From Eledone cirrhosa (taxonomy: Eukaryota): DNA of 64,000 nt. The notes beneath the pieces were generated by a model that saw only the letters and a list, made by a program, of their open reading frames with translations, was not told the DNA's origin and made no database searches. The position numbers and the translations under genes are program-made. This document shows, in pieces, positions 36,228-50,100 of this stretch. Position 1 is the stretch's first letter; every line of letters begins with the position of its first letter. The stretch is taken from assembly GCA_964016885.1 (NCBI GenBank), contig OZ024740.1, positions 378,696,001 through 378,760,000 of the forward strand, given 5' to 3'.

Positions 36228-37429
36228 TCATCATCATCATCATCAACATCAACGTTTAACGTCCGTGTTCCACGCTTGCATGGGTTTGGACGGGGGTATT
36301 CCCACTTGAGGCAAGAGTGATTGTCTTGCTCGCATAGGACTGTCTGGCAGGTTTTCTACAGTTGGATGCCCTTCCTAACACCAACCACATTTACAGTGTG
36401 GGACTGGGAGGTTTTTACCGTGTTGCTTACACGGCCACATTACAGCGTGGACTGTGTGTTTTTTTGTCGTGACACCTACACGATCTCATTTGTTTCGGCC
36501 TGGATGTTGTGGCACCAACATAACTTTACATAGGAGGGGGTGGTGGGACGGGGGTGTATTTTGTTAGAGATGCCTACTGGCTGTAGTAGGTTTTACTATG
36601 TATTTAGGTAAGGCGGGTCTTCTCTATTACTGAGTACCGCCAAAGGTCTCGGTCCAGTGACATTGTCTTGGAGAGGTGTAAGTGTGCGAGGTCGGAGTTT
36701 ATCAGCTCGTCCCAGGATTTTCTAGGTCTGCCTATTCCGTGGCTTACCGTCCTATCTTTATTGCCCTGCACTTTGTTATACAGCTATCGACTTTCATGCG
36801 TATCACGTGTCCGTACCAACGTAGCCTTCTCTCGAAGTAAACAAACATCTGATCCCTCTTATTTCTAATTTTTTCCTTAGTTCGTTTATGCTTTGCCGTT
36901 CACGTATATTACTATTACACATCCAGCGGAGCATGCAAGCTTCGTTCCTCTCTAGTCTGCATATATCCTCTGCGCACAATGCCCAGGTCTCACTGCCATG
37001 CAACATTGCTGTTCGTATGCAGGCATCATACAACCTGCCTTTCATTTTTAGGGAGAACCCTTTAGCGGCTAATAGTGGTACTAGAAGCTCTCTGAACTTT
37101 TTCCATCCAGTTCTGACTCTAGCTACTGTACTTTCGGAGCACCCTCCCCCACTGCTGATTTTGTCACCCAGGTAACGGAAGCTGTCCACTTATTTCTATA
37201 GAGCCCTCTGCGCAATTGAAAGAGTTAGTATTTTGTGGGCACTCGCTGCTAACTTATTGCACCAGATAGCACCGCCCACATGTAAAAATCTAAGTTCTTA
37301 GTTAGCTTACCTGTGATCCCACTAGCATCTTTTATGCACCCATACTTTGCATTTGGGACATAAAAATGGAGTTTCTGACCTACGCCTTTCCTACACACAC
37401 TGAGCATGGCCATTTCCCGGAAGAGGACC
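36228..37429 (-). mobile_element. Second copy of the PHD-RTE family (3' 1.2 kb), inverted relative to 34530-35731, cut by assembly gap
   Basis: Reverse complement of the + copy with scattered substitutions and indels; (CAT)n tail at ~36228-36250. Confidence 0.9.
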
Positions 37430-37629
37430 NNNNNNNNNNNNNNNNNNNNNNNNNNNNNNNNNNNNNNNNNNNNNNNNNNNNNNNNNNNNNNNNNNNNNNN
37501 NNNNNNNNNNNNNNNNNNNNNNNNNNNNNNNNNNNNNNNNNNNNNNNNNNNNNNNNNNNNNNNNNNNNNNNNNNNNNNNNNNNNNNNNNNNNNNNNNNNN
37601 NNNNNNNNNNNNNNNNNNNNNNNNNNNNN
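37430..37629. other. Assembly gap (200 N)
   Basis: Seen directly. Confidence 1.
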
Positions 37630-39085
37630 GAATCCAATACCTCTGGCTGCTCTCTCCAAACTGTGGATCAGGGATTCTGCTTCATGTGCTGCATCTGATA
37701 TCATCGCAAGATCATCTGCATAGTCAGTATCAGTTATGGTCTCAGCTGCATAGCGTCTACTCCTTGCAGTTTCAGAATGGAGCAATTTTGTCAATTGATG
37801 TTCAAAGTAATTCAGGCAAATTACGAATAGGTAGGGAACCCGTATATCATCCTGTAGCATGCCAGTGATGATGTCAATAAAACTCTGATTTGCTATCCAG
37901 AAATGTTGCTATGACTTGGGTATCTTTGTACAGCATCATTATTGCATTCACAGTTTCTTTTGGTATACCAAGAGTACTTCCTCTATTTTGTTTCTGAGTA
38001 TGGCCTTCAAGAACTCAACAAACAGGAGAAATACTTTGAGAATTCTTGTTCATACTTCCTCTAAGATTTGCTGAACTGTCAAATCTATGAGGACATAGAT
38101 CTATTCTTGTGGAAACCATTTTAGTTCTTCCTCATCACCTTTTCAACCTCAAGTTGAATGTAATAGAGTAGCATTGCATTATAAATCTTGGTTACTATAG
38201 CTATAAGGGTAATTCCTCTATAATTCTTTGTGATGCTCAAGTCACTTTTCTTCGGGAAGGGAAGGATGCATCCTTTCATCCATTTCTCAATATGGATGGT
38301 AAATAACATTGCAGAATCCTAGAAGGATGTCTTCAAATTTTCTCATCTTCCATACCTTGGGAGGAATTTCATCCAGTCCAGCTGCCTTTCTGTTCTTGGC
38401 TGATTTTATAATTGTTTCAAGTTTGTTTTTAATGTTGAATGTCCAGTTGAAGGTGAATAATCTTTTCGATTGGACTAATAGTGATTTCAGGTGGCTTTCT
38501 AAGAAGATTTTTGAAGTGATCTCTCCACAATTGTAGCCTTTCCTCCTCACTTTCAGATTTTGATGAGCCTTTTCTCTTGCTAACTTTGTTTACTGTCTTC
38601 CAAGTATAAGCTGACTATAATTTGGAAATTGAAGTTCCCCAAACAAATTAAATGCAAATTCTTCCAGGTGGCAGTGGAGTCAGTTCTGCTGTATGCACTT
38701 ACTATGTGGACACTTACTAAGCAACTCAAGAAGAAACTTAATGGAACATACACAAGAATGCTCAGAATGACTTTAAACATATTCTGGACACAGCACCTTA
38801 CAAAAAAGCAACTTTATGGCCATCTACCTGCAATCCAAGAGAGATGAACTAGATTTGCAGGACACTGCTGGAGAGCAAAGAAAGACATTGTCAGCAAGGT
38901 GTTGTTATGGAAACCAAAGCATGGGCATTCCAATGTGGGCAGATATTACAGAACCTAAATCAAACAGCTTGTGAGGATGGTGAGTACAATCTGGAGAACC
39001 TACCACAAGCAATGGACTACCAAGATAGATGGAGAGGAGGAATCATGGCAATCCTTGCAACCAGCATGCCAAGATGATGATGATA
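37630..39085 (+). mobile_element. Degraded RTE-clade LINE with inverted 5' part (RT on minus 37630-38580; 3' end on plus 38580-39085, (GAT)n tail)
   Basis: Minus: KAAGLDEIPP, NYRGITL, DYADDLA. Plus: AVESVLLY, YTRMLRM, RFAGHCWR, LLWKP. Confidence 0.82.
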
Positions 39086-39715
39086 CTTATAGTAAAACCT
39101 TTCATCATAATTTTATGTGAGAAGTTATGCTTCAAAAAAGTTAGTTATTTTACTAAATTCCTTCAAATTCTTGATTATTTTCAAAGTTGACTGAAACATA
39201 TAAGCAGTGTCTTTCATTAGAAATATGGCAATGAAAGGGTCAATGAAATTATCATTATAATCGTATTTTATCACATTTTCTCCTCTTTTTCATTGGAAAT
39301 TTGTATAAAATATTGGAAGAGTTACACATTTCTAAAGATCATCATCTCACTTATAAATTGAAGATAGCTCAGCTAAGTAAACTGAAATGAATTAACAGTT
39401 CACATTAAAAAAGACATGGGAATAATTTTTCCTCAGTTGAAGAAAAACTTGGAAAACATGAATAATTATTTTCTGTATCAGCACATTAGTTCCTAATTTC
39501 AGGTGTCTCAAATGAATATAATTATTTTAGTACAATAGCTCTACTTCATCTTTTTGTCTGACTGGCTTTCTCTCTCTTTCCTATAACTTCTTTTTGTTTC
39601 CCAAGACACATAAACATAAGATTATATTCATACAACATATGGGGAAATAATCAAACACCCTTTGTTTATTGAACATGGAAATGTTAAAGCAAAAATCATT
39701 GTTGTTTTTTTATAG

Positions 39716-39836
39716 GTCGTGGTAACTCAGCATTTGAAACTGCCAATGCAATTTATGGTGCAACCAACGTAGTACATATGATTGCTAGAAGTAGAGTTAG
39801 ACTAGCATGGTCTACTCATTATGTTGGAGATCTTCG
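39716..39836 (+). CDS. FOXRED2: FOXRED2-like coding exon (second dinucleotide-binding motif)
   Basis: [41 protein letters not shown]; tatag acceptor and gtaag donor; too short for the ORF track. Confidence 0.93.
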
Positions 39837-40478
39837 GTAAGGCAATTTTTATTAAGAAAACTCTTTGTATTATCTTTATTTTGAATATTTTAATGTTTCT
39901 ATTATCTCTTTATCCCCTCCTCCCCCTCCTTACAAAGCTTGGCATTTGCAGTACAACCAGTCACAAAAGGCCACAGCCTAAAAAGTAAAGGGATCCAAGA
40001 TTAAAACATGGGAGAACTTTGGGATTAAGCAGGAATCCAACTTAAGCAAATTAAGTATTCTGGCAGACCATCCATCAACATTGTAATAAGAATTCCCCTT
40101 CCATCCCTGCTATCAGGAACTCATCTGGTGTTCTTTCTGAAAAGAGATGCATCCTCATGAGGAGGAGAGAATATTTTATTGATCTAAATTTTATCACAAC
40201 ATCTTCTGATGTATAGGAGGTTCATCTAAGTGATTTAATTAACAAAATTTGTTCAGTTTTTGAAATACAATTTTTTAGTATATACGGAAATAGTTAGCAC
40301 TTCACTTATGCAAGTAATGCAATATCATTTACAATACAATATATTTTGTGTCACACCTAATATTTAAATATACACATTGCATATAGGGGAATACAGTATA
40401 TTCTTTGTTTAATGCAATTGAAAAATGTGAATTAAGTATATATTTGAGTATATTACAACCATGTGTGTATGACGTGTT

Positions 40479-43400
40479 TCATCATCATCATCATCATCAC
40501 CGTTTTACGTCCGTTCTTCCACGCTAGCATGGGTTAGACGGGTTGTCCTGTTGTGGGCAGTGTCTGGTCGGCTGACCATGCCTTGCTCATACAGGAACTG
40601 ATCTGGCTTGATTTCTACAGCTGGATGCCCTTCCTAACACCAACCTCATTTACAGTGAGTGCTGGGTGCTTTTTCGTGGCGCCTACACGTCCACTTTACA
40701 GTGTGGGCTGGGTGCTTTTTTGCCGTGGTACCTCCACGACCACCTTGCGGTGGGGGGGGGGGGGCATATTGTTTATATGCTTCAGCATGTACCCATGGGA
40801 GGTCGGGTACCCTGTATTACTGCGTGACGCCAGAAGTCACGGTCGTGTGTCATTGACTTTGAGAGGTGTAGTTGGGTAAGGTCGGCTTTTATCACCTCAT
40901 CCCAAGTCATCTTGGGTCTCCCCACTCCGCGGTTTCCATCAACTTCTAGTGCTCTGCACCTTTTTATGCAGCTGTCATCCTTCATACGCATCACATGTCC
41001 ATACCAGCGTAACCGCCTCTCCTGCACGCAGCATTTGATTCCTCTTATGCTCAGTCTCTCTCTCAATTCATTTATGCTTTGTCGTTCACGTATATTACTG
41101 TTACACATCCATCGGAGCATGCAGGCTTCGTTTCTCTCTAATCTACGTAAGTCTTCCACCTTCAGCGCCCAGGTCTCACTACCATGCAACATCGCTGTTC
41201 GGATACACGCATCATACAGTCTGCCTTTCATTCTGAGGGAGAAGCCTTTTGAAGCTAGCAGTGGTAGTAGTTCCCTAAACTTCTTCCATCCCGTTCTTAC
41301 CCTAGTTATTGTACTTTCTGAGCACCCACCTCCGTTGCTAATTCGGTCACCTAGGTAGCAGAAGCTGTCTACTGTTTCTACAGGGCCCTCCCAGAGATTG
41401 GTGGTACTTGTTTCCTGTGGCTGTTTGCTTGCTGTTTCAGCACAGCTGCTGCATGTGAATCCTACATTCTTAATTAAGCTTCCTGAGATCCCGCTACATC
41501 TCTTGTGTACCCATTGTTTGCATTTGGGGCAGAGAATGGAGTTCCTACCTACACCTTTCCTACATACTGAGCAAGGCCATTTCCCTGAGGGGATCTGGGT
41601 TCTGTTTTCTCGTCTACTTATAAGGACCTTAGTCTTTGTCATGTTGACTTTGAGGCCCTTTCTCTCTAGTCCCTGCTTCCAGGTTTGGAATTTATTCTCT
41701 AGTTCTACCATAGATTCAGCTATGAGTGCGAGGTCATCAGCATACAGGAGTTCCCATGGGCATCCGGTCTTAAACTCCTCCATTATTGCCTGCAGGACTA
41801 TGATGAACAGGAGAGGGCTAAGAACAGAGCCCTGGTGGACCCCAACCTGTACGCTAAATTCCTCGCTATACTCATTGTCAATCCTAACTTTGCTGACTGC
41901 TCCCCTATACATGGCTTGTACCGCTTTCACAAGCCATTCATCTACTCCTAGTTTTCTAAGAGCCCACCAGATTACTGCACGTGGAACTCTGTCAAAGGCT
42001 TTCTCAAGGTCGACAAATGCCAAGTAGAGTGGCTTACTTTTAACTAGGTACTTTTCCTGTAATTGCCTCACAAGGAAGAGGGCATCAGTGGTGCCTTTCC
42101 CTGGTACAAACCCAAATTGCATCTCGTCTATATTCACCCGGTCCCTAATCAGCTGTGCTATAACTCTTTCTGTTACTTTCATGACCTGGTCCATCAACTT
42201 TATACCTCTATAGTTTCCTCTATCTAGTGCATCGCCTTTACCTTTGTAGCAGTTGACAATGATGCTACTGCACCAATCTTTTGGTATGGCCCCTCTAGTA
42301 TTACCTGGGTAACGATACGTGTGGTTATAGTGTGACCTACAGACCCAGATGCCTTCAGCATCTCGGCAGCTATACCCGATGGACCGGTTGCCTTCCCTAT
42401 CTTCATATCTCTGATTGCCTTACTTACTACGCTGCCGCTGACTTGTACTGCTGGTCCCTCTATAGGGTCTACGTGGGGTAGGGTCTCTTCTTCCCATGCA
42501 TTCTCCTCATTTAGTAATCTATCATAATGACTCTTCCATGCATCTTTCTTCTCAGCACTTGTGAGGGCAAGCTCACCTTTATCATTCCGGATACACTTCT
42601 CTCCAATGACATCACAACTATCTCTGACACACTGCCTCGCAATCTTGAATACCTCCTGTTTCTGGTCCTCACGTTGTAAAACATGCTTGAATTTTCTATC
42701 CTCTGCTTCCCTCCTAGCTAAGTATACTTGTCGCTTCTCTCTTGGTCTCTATGTAATGTACCCTGCTCCCCCCGTTCTTCCATTCTTTTCATGCCTGTCT
42801 CTTGGCCTTGACTGCTTCATCTACCTTATTGTTCCACCACCAAGTCACTCTCCTCCTGCTTGAGGTCTTACTCCAGCCACAAACCTCATCCGTCGCCTCT
42901 AGTAAGTTATTTTTTAGGAACTCCCAGTTCTCTTCTACGTTAAATGTCTCTATCTGTTCTTCTTTACTGTCGTAGGCGTTGAGTAAAATATCTTTAAATC
43001 TGTTACTGGTTGAGGGGACTTTCAGCTTCCAGATCTTTCTTCTCCAGGTTGGCCTCTGTTTCAGGGCTCGTCTAGTTCTGACCGTGAGGTCACTGACAAC
43101 TAAGCTATGTTGGGATGTACATTCCTCACTAGGGAAGGCTTTTGTGTTTACGACCGTCCATCTGTCACGTCCTCTGATGAGGATAAAATCTAACTGACTA
43201 GAGTGCTCCCCTGATCTATAGGTGATCAGGTGGTTGTCGGGTTTTTTAAAGTTTGTGTTACATATCGACATGTCATTGGCGTCGCAGAATTCTAGAAGTC
43301 TGAATCCTTCCTCATTCCTTGTGCCAACTCCATGGCCTCCATGTACTCTATTGAAGCCGTCGCAGTGTTTACCTACGTGTCCGTTAAAATCTCCTGCAAT

Positions 43401-44144
43401 GATTAGGAAGTCCTTGTCGTCTGTTAGAGCAGTAGTGTGTATTAGGGACTCGTAAAACCTATCCTTAAGTTCGTCTGGCAGCCCCGATTGGGGTGCGTAA
43501 GCTGATATTATTGTGGTAATTGTCTTATTCAGGACTAGTCTGAGTTTAATGATTCTTGCATTTACCCTGTACACTGAGATTACTTTATCTACCCACTTGT
43601 CAGCTAATAGTATACCTACACCACCCATCCCATCGTCATTTCCCACCCAGAAAAATTTGTAGCACTGGCTTTTTCCTACAAGGACTCTAGCAGACCCTCC
43701 TCTCCATCTAGTCTCTTGCACACAGCATACATCAACTTCCTTTCGCTCTAGCATTTCTACGATTTCTCCTGCTCTTCCTTTCATTGAGCCTACATTGATG
43801 GTACCAACTCGGAGTTTTGGGCATTTGTCGACACTCGTAGGGGAGCGTCTCTGGGTTGGCGCTTCACGTGGGTGCTTGGTAGCTCGCAGATTCATATTTC
43901 ATCTATTGATTCAGAGTTGCTCGTGTATTCCCAGCTCATCCAACCATAACGGTGGGAAATATGAGGGCTAGAAGAACAGTGGTGGTGGGGTAATGGCAGG
44001 GTGTGTTGGGATGCGCCAGAGGAGGAGAGAGTTAGTTAGGCAGGTAGTAGCAGCAGCAGTGGAAATGGCATGCTAGGTTTGATTGGTCGAATAGACTATG
44101 GTGTGTGGGGGTGGGGTGGGGTGGGGGGGGGGGGGGAATTGTGA
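40479..44144 (-). mobile_element. Near full-length RTE-clade LINE (EN, RT with PHD insert); coding 43895 to 40782 broken by one stop and about two frameshifts
   Basis: GTINVGSM, VQETRW, AYAPQ, GDFNGHVG, SQHSLV (EN); [12 protein letters not shown]; TGA at ~42790, shifts at ~42735 and ~42290; (CAT)n tail at 40479-40500. Confidence 0.92.
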
Positions 44145-47100
44145 GGTAGGAACTGAGGGTCGCATGGTAAATAACTGAGAGAGATACAATAGGATTAGAA
44201 TACCGCATGGTAAATATCCAAGTTAATACTACATCAGTAAAATTAACAATAATAACGTCATGAAAAACTACTAAGAGAAACCCTCGAAAATTTATCGCTA
44301 ATACAGCAGGGAAAATTTAACGCTAATACAGCAGGGAACATCATAATATTAACAACAATATGTAGGCTAAAATACCTTCGTAGATTAGATGGATGGCTGG
44401 AAAAATTGGAATCAACTCTAGTGATACATTTTAGCAGAGAAGAATGGGAAAGTGTCTTATCTCTTCAATATTTTCAGATTGAATGAATTAGGTTAAAGAC
44501 AGGGTAGTAAGCCTTAAAGAAGTGCATAGAGAGGCGGGCGGGGTAGGAACTGAGGGTCGCATGGTAAATAACTGAGAGAGATACAATAGGATTAGAATAC
44601 CGCATGGTAAATATCCAAGTTAATACTACATCAGTAAAATTAACAATAATAACGTCATGAAAAACTACTAAGAGAAACCCTCGAAAATTTATCGCTAATA
44701 CAGCAGGGAAAATTTAACGCTAATACAGTAGGGAACATCATAATATTAACAACAATATGTAGGCTAAAATACCTTCGTAGATTAGATGGATGGCTGGAAA
44801 AATTGGAATCAATTCTAGTGATACATTTTAGCAGAGAAGAATGGGAAAGTGTCTTATCTCTTCAATATTTTCAGATTGAATGAATTAGGTTAAAGACAGG
44901 GTAGTAAGCCTTAAAGAAGTGCATAGAGAGGGGGGGGGGGGGGTAGGAACTGAGGGTCGCATGCTAAATAACTGAGAGAGATACAATAGGATTAGAATAC
45001 CGCATGGTAAATATCCAAGTTAATACTACATCAGTAAAATTAACAATAATAACGTCATGAAAAACTACTAAGAGAAACCCTCGAAAATTTATCGCTAATA
45101 CAGCAGGGAAAATTTAACGCTAATACAGCAGGGAACATCATAATATTAACAACAATATGTAGGCTAAAATACCTTCGTAGATTAGATGGATGGCTGGAAA
45201 AATTGGAATCAACTCTAGTGATACATTTTAGCAGAGAAGAATGGGAAAGTGTCTTATCTCTTCAATATTTTCAGATTGAATGAATTAGGTTAAAGACAGG
45301 GTAGTAAGCCTTAAACAAGTGCATAGAGAGGGGGGGGGTAGGAACTGAGGGTCGCATGGTAAATAACTGAGAGAGATACAATAGGATTAGAATACCGCAT
45401 GGTAAATATCCAAGTTAATACTACATCAGTAAAATTAACAATAATAACGTCATGAAAAACTACTAAGAGAAACCCTCGAAAATTTATCGCTAATACAGCA
45501 GGGAAAATTTAACGCTAATACAGTAGGGAACATCATAATATTAACAACAATATGTAGGCTAAAATACCTTCGTAGATTAGATGGATGGCTGGAAAAATTG
45601 GAATCAACTCTAGTGATACATTTTAGCAGAGAAGAATGGGAAAGTGTCTTATCTCTTCAATATTTTCAGATTGAATGAATTAGGTTAAAGACAGGGTAGT
45701 AAGCCTTAAGGAAGTGCATAGAGAGGGGGGGGGTAGGAACTGAGGGTCGCATGGTAAATAACTGAGAGAGATACAATAGGATTAGAATATCGCATGGTAA
45801 ATATCCAAGTTAATACTACATCAGTAAAATTAACAATAATAACGTCATGAAAAACTACTAAGAGAAACCCTCGAAAATTTATCGCTAATACAGCAGGGAA
45901 AATTTAACGCTAATACAGCAGGGAACATCATAATATTAACAACAATATGTAGGCTAAAATACCTTCGTAGATTAGATGGATGGCTGGAAAAATTGGAATC
46001 AACTCTAGTGATACATTTTAGCAGAGAAGAATGGGAAAGTGTCTTATCTCTTCAATATTTTCAGATTGAATGAATTAGGTTAAAGACAAGGTAGTAAGCC
46101 TTAAAGAAGTGCATAGAGAGGGGGGCGGGGTAGGAACTGAGGGTCGCATGGTAAATAACTGAGAGAGATACAATAGGATTAGAATATCGCATGGTAAATA
46201 TCCAAGTTAATACTACATCAGTAAAATTAACAATAATAACGTCATGAAAAACTACTAAGAGAAACCCTCGAAAATTTAACGCTAATACAGCAGGGAACAT
46301 CATAATATTAACGACAATATGTAGGCTAGAAAACCTTCGTAGATTAGATGGATGGCTGGAAAAATTGGAATCAACTCTAGTGATACATTTTAGCAGAGAA
46401 GAATGGGAAAGTGTCTTATCTCTTCAATATTTTCAGATTGAATGAATTAGGTTAAAGACAAGGTAGTAAGCCTTAAAGAAGTGCATAGAGAGGGGGGCGG
46501 GGTAGGAACTGAGGGTCGCATGGTAAATAACTGAGAGAGATACAATAGGATTAGAATACCGCATGGTAAATATCCAAGATAATACTACATCAGTAAAATT
46601 AACAATAATAACGTCATGAAAAACTACTAAGAGAAACCCTCGAAAATTTATCGCTAATACAGCAGGGAAAATTTAACGCTAATACAGCAGGGAACATCAT
46701 AATATTAACAACAATATGTAGGCTAAAATACCTTCGTAGATTAGATGGATAGCTGGAAAAATTGGAATCAACTCTAGTGATACATTTTAGCAGAGAAGAA
46801 TGGGAAAGTGTCTTATCTCTTCAATATTTTCAGATTGAATGAATTAGGTTAAAGACAGGGTAGTAAGCCTTAAAGAAGTGCATAGAGAGGGGGGGTAGGA
46901 ACTGAGGGTCGCATGGTAAATAACTGAAGAGATACAATAGGATTAGAATACCGCATGGTAAATAGCCAAGTTAATACTACATCAGTAAAATTAACAATAA
47001 TAACGTCATGAAAAACTACTAAGAGAAACCCTCGAAAATTTATCGCTAATACAGCAGGGAAAATTTAACGCTAATACAGCAGGGAAAATGTAACGCTAAT

Positions 47101-50100
47101 ACAGCAGGGAACATCATAATATTAACAACAATATGTAGGCTAAAATACCTTCGTAGATTAGATGGATGGCTGGAAAAATTGGAATCAACTCTAGTGATAC
47201 ATTTTAGCAGAGAAGAATGGGAAAGTGTCTTATCTCTTCAATATTTTCAGATTGAATGAATTAGGTTAAAGACAGGGTAGTAAGCCTTAAAGAAGGGCAT
47301 AGAGAGGGGGGGGGTAGGAACTGAGGGTCGCATGGTAAATAACTGAGAGAGATACAATAGGATTAGAATACCGCATGGTAAATATCCAAGTTAATACTAC
47401 ATCAGTAAAATTAACAATAATAACGTCATGAAAAACTACTAAGAGAAACCCTCGAAAATTTATCGCTAATACAGCAGGGAAAATTTAACGCTAATACAGC
47501 AGGGAACATCATAATATTAACAACAATATGTAGGCTAAAATACCTTCGTAGATTAGATGGATGGCTGGAAAAATTGGAATCAACTCTAGTGATACATTTT
47601 AGCAGAGAAGAATGGGAAAGTGTCTTATCTCTTCAATATTTTCAGATTGAATGAATTAGGTTAAAGACAGGGTAGTAAGCCTTAAAGAAGTGCATAGAGA
47701 GGCGGGCGGGGTAGGAACTGAGGGTCGCATGGTAAATAACTGAGAGAGATACAATAGGATTAGAATACCGCATGGTTAATATCCAAGTTAATACTACATC
47801 AGTAAAATTAACAATAATAACGTCATGAAAAACTACTAAGAGAAACCCTCGAAAATTTATCGCTAATACAGCAGGGAAAATTTAACGCTAATACAGCAGG
47901 AAAAATGTAACGCTAATACAGCAGGGAACATCATAATATTAACAACAATATGTAGGCTAAAATACCTTCTTAGATTAGATGGATGGCTGGAAAAATTGGA
48001 ATCAACTCTAGTGATACATTTTAGCAGAGAAGAATGGGAAAGTGTCTTATCTCTTCAATATTTTCAGATTGAATGAATTAGGTTAAAGACAGGGTAGTAA
48101 GCCTTAAAGAAGGGCATAGAGAGGGGGGGTAGGAACTGAGGGTCGCATGGTAAATAACTGAGAGAGATACAATAGGATTAGAATACCGCATGGTAAATAT
48201 CCAAGTTAATACTACATCAGTAAAATTAACAATAATAACGTCATGAAAAACTACTAAGAGAAACCCTCGAAAATTTATCGCTAATACAGCAGGGAAAATT
48301 TAACGCTAATACAGCAGGGAACATCATAATATTAACAACAATATGTAGGCTAAAATACCTTCGTAGATTAGATGGATGGCTGGAAAAATTGGAATCAACT
48401 CTAGTGATACATTTTAGCAGAGAAGAATGGGAAAGTGTCTTATCTCTTCAATATTTTCAGATTGAATGAATTAGGTTAAAGACAGGGTAGTAAGCCTTAA
48501 AGAAGTGCATAGAGAGGCGGGCGGGGTAGGAACTGAGGGTCGCATGGTAAATAACTGAGAGAGATACAATAGGATTAGAATACCGCATGGTAAATATCCA
48601 AGTTAATACTACATCAGTAAAATTAACAATAATAACGTCATGAAAAACTACTAAGAGAAACCCTCGAAAATTTATCGCTAATACAGCAGGGAAAATTTAA
48701 CGCTAATACAGCAGGGAAAATGTAACGCTAATACAGCAGGGAACATCATAATATTAACAACAATATGTAGGCTAAAATACCTTCGTAGATTAGATGGATG
48801 GCTGGAAAAATTGGAATCAACTCTAGTGATACATTTTAGCAGAGAAGAATGGGAAAGTGTCTTATCTCTTCAATATTTTCAGATTGAATGAATTAGGTTA
48901 AAGACAGGGTAGTAAGCCTTAAAGAAGGGCATAGAGAGGGGGGGGGGTAGGAACTGAGGGTCGCATGGTAAATAACTGAGAGAGATACAATAGGATTAGA
49001 ATACCGCATGGTAAATATCCAAGTTAATACTACATCAGTAAAATTAACAATAATAACGTCATGAAAAACTACTAAGAGAAACCCTCGAAAATTTATCGCT
49101 AATACAGCAGGGAAAATTTAACGCTAATACAGCAGGGAACATCATAATATTAACAACAATATGTAGGCTAAAATACCTTCGTAGATTAGATGGATGGCTG
49201 GAAAAATTGGAATCAACTCTAGTGATACATTTTAGCAGAGAAGAATGGGAAAGTGTCTTATCTCTTCAATATTTTCAGATTGAATGAATTAGGTTAAAGA
49301 CAGGGTAGTAAGCCTTAAAGAAGTGCATAGAGAGGCGGGCGGGGTAGGAACTGAGGGTCGCATGGTAAATAACTGAGAGAGATACAATAGGATTAGAATA
49401 CCGCATGGTTAATATCCAAGTTAATACTACATCAGTAAAATTAACAATAATAACGTCATGAAAAACTACTAAGAGAAACCCTCGAAAATTTATCGCTAAT
49501 ACAGCAGGGAAAATTTAACGCTAATACAGCAGGAAAAATGTAACGCTAATACAGCAGGGAACATCATAATATTAACAACAATATGTAGGCTAAAATACCT
49601 TCGTAGATTAGATGGATGGCTGGAAAAATTGGAATCAACTCTAGTGATACATTTTAGCAGAGAAGAATGGGAAAGTGTCTTATCTCTTCAATATTTTCAG
49701 ATTGAATGAATTAGGTTAAAGACAGGGTAGTAAGCCTTAAAGAAGGGCATAGAGAGGGGGGGTAGGAACTGAGGGTCGCATGGTAAATAACTGAGAGAGA
49801 TACAATAGGATTAGAATACCGCATGGTAAATATCCAAGTTAATACTACATCAGTAAAATTAACAATAATAACGTCATGAAAAACTACTAAGAGAAACCCT
49901 CGAAAATTTATCGCTAATACAGCAGGGAAAATTTAACGCTAATACAGCAGGGAACATCATAATATTAACAACAATATGTAGGCTAAAATACCTTCGTAGA
50001 TTAGATGGATGGCTGGAAAAATTGGAATCAACTCTAGTGATACATTTTAGCAGAGAAGAATGGGAAAGTGTCTTATCTCTTCAATATTTTCAGATTGAAT

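Noticed and set aside
37249-37860. ORFs spanning the N gap
   Set aside because: Artefacts joining two different RTE copies across unknown sequence
44460-44570. Cryptic splice signals in each monomer (ttttcag acceptor, atg|gtaaat donors)
   Set aside because: Expected by chance in AT-rich DNA; the candidate pseudo-exon is stop-rich and varies in length with the G-run
46061-46303. Repeated 80-aa hydrophobic ORF (also 51680-51922)
   Set aside because: Open only in monomers lacking one 25-bp subunit; a by-product of the satellite
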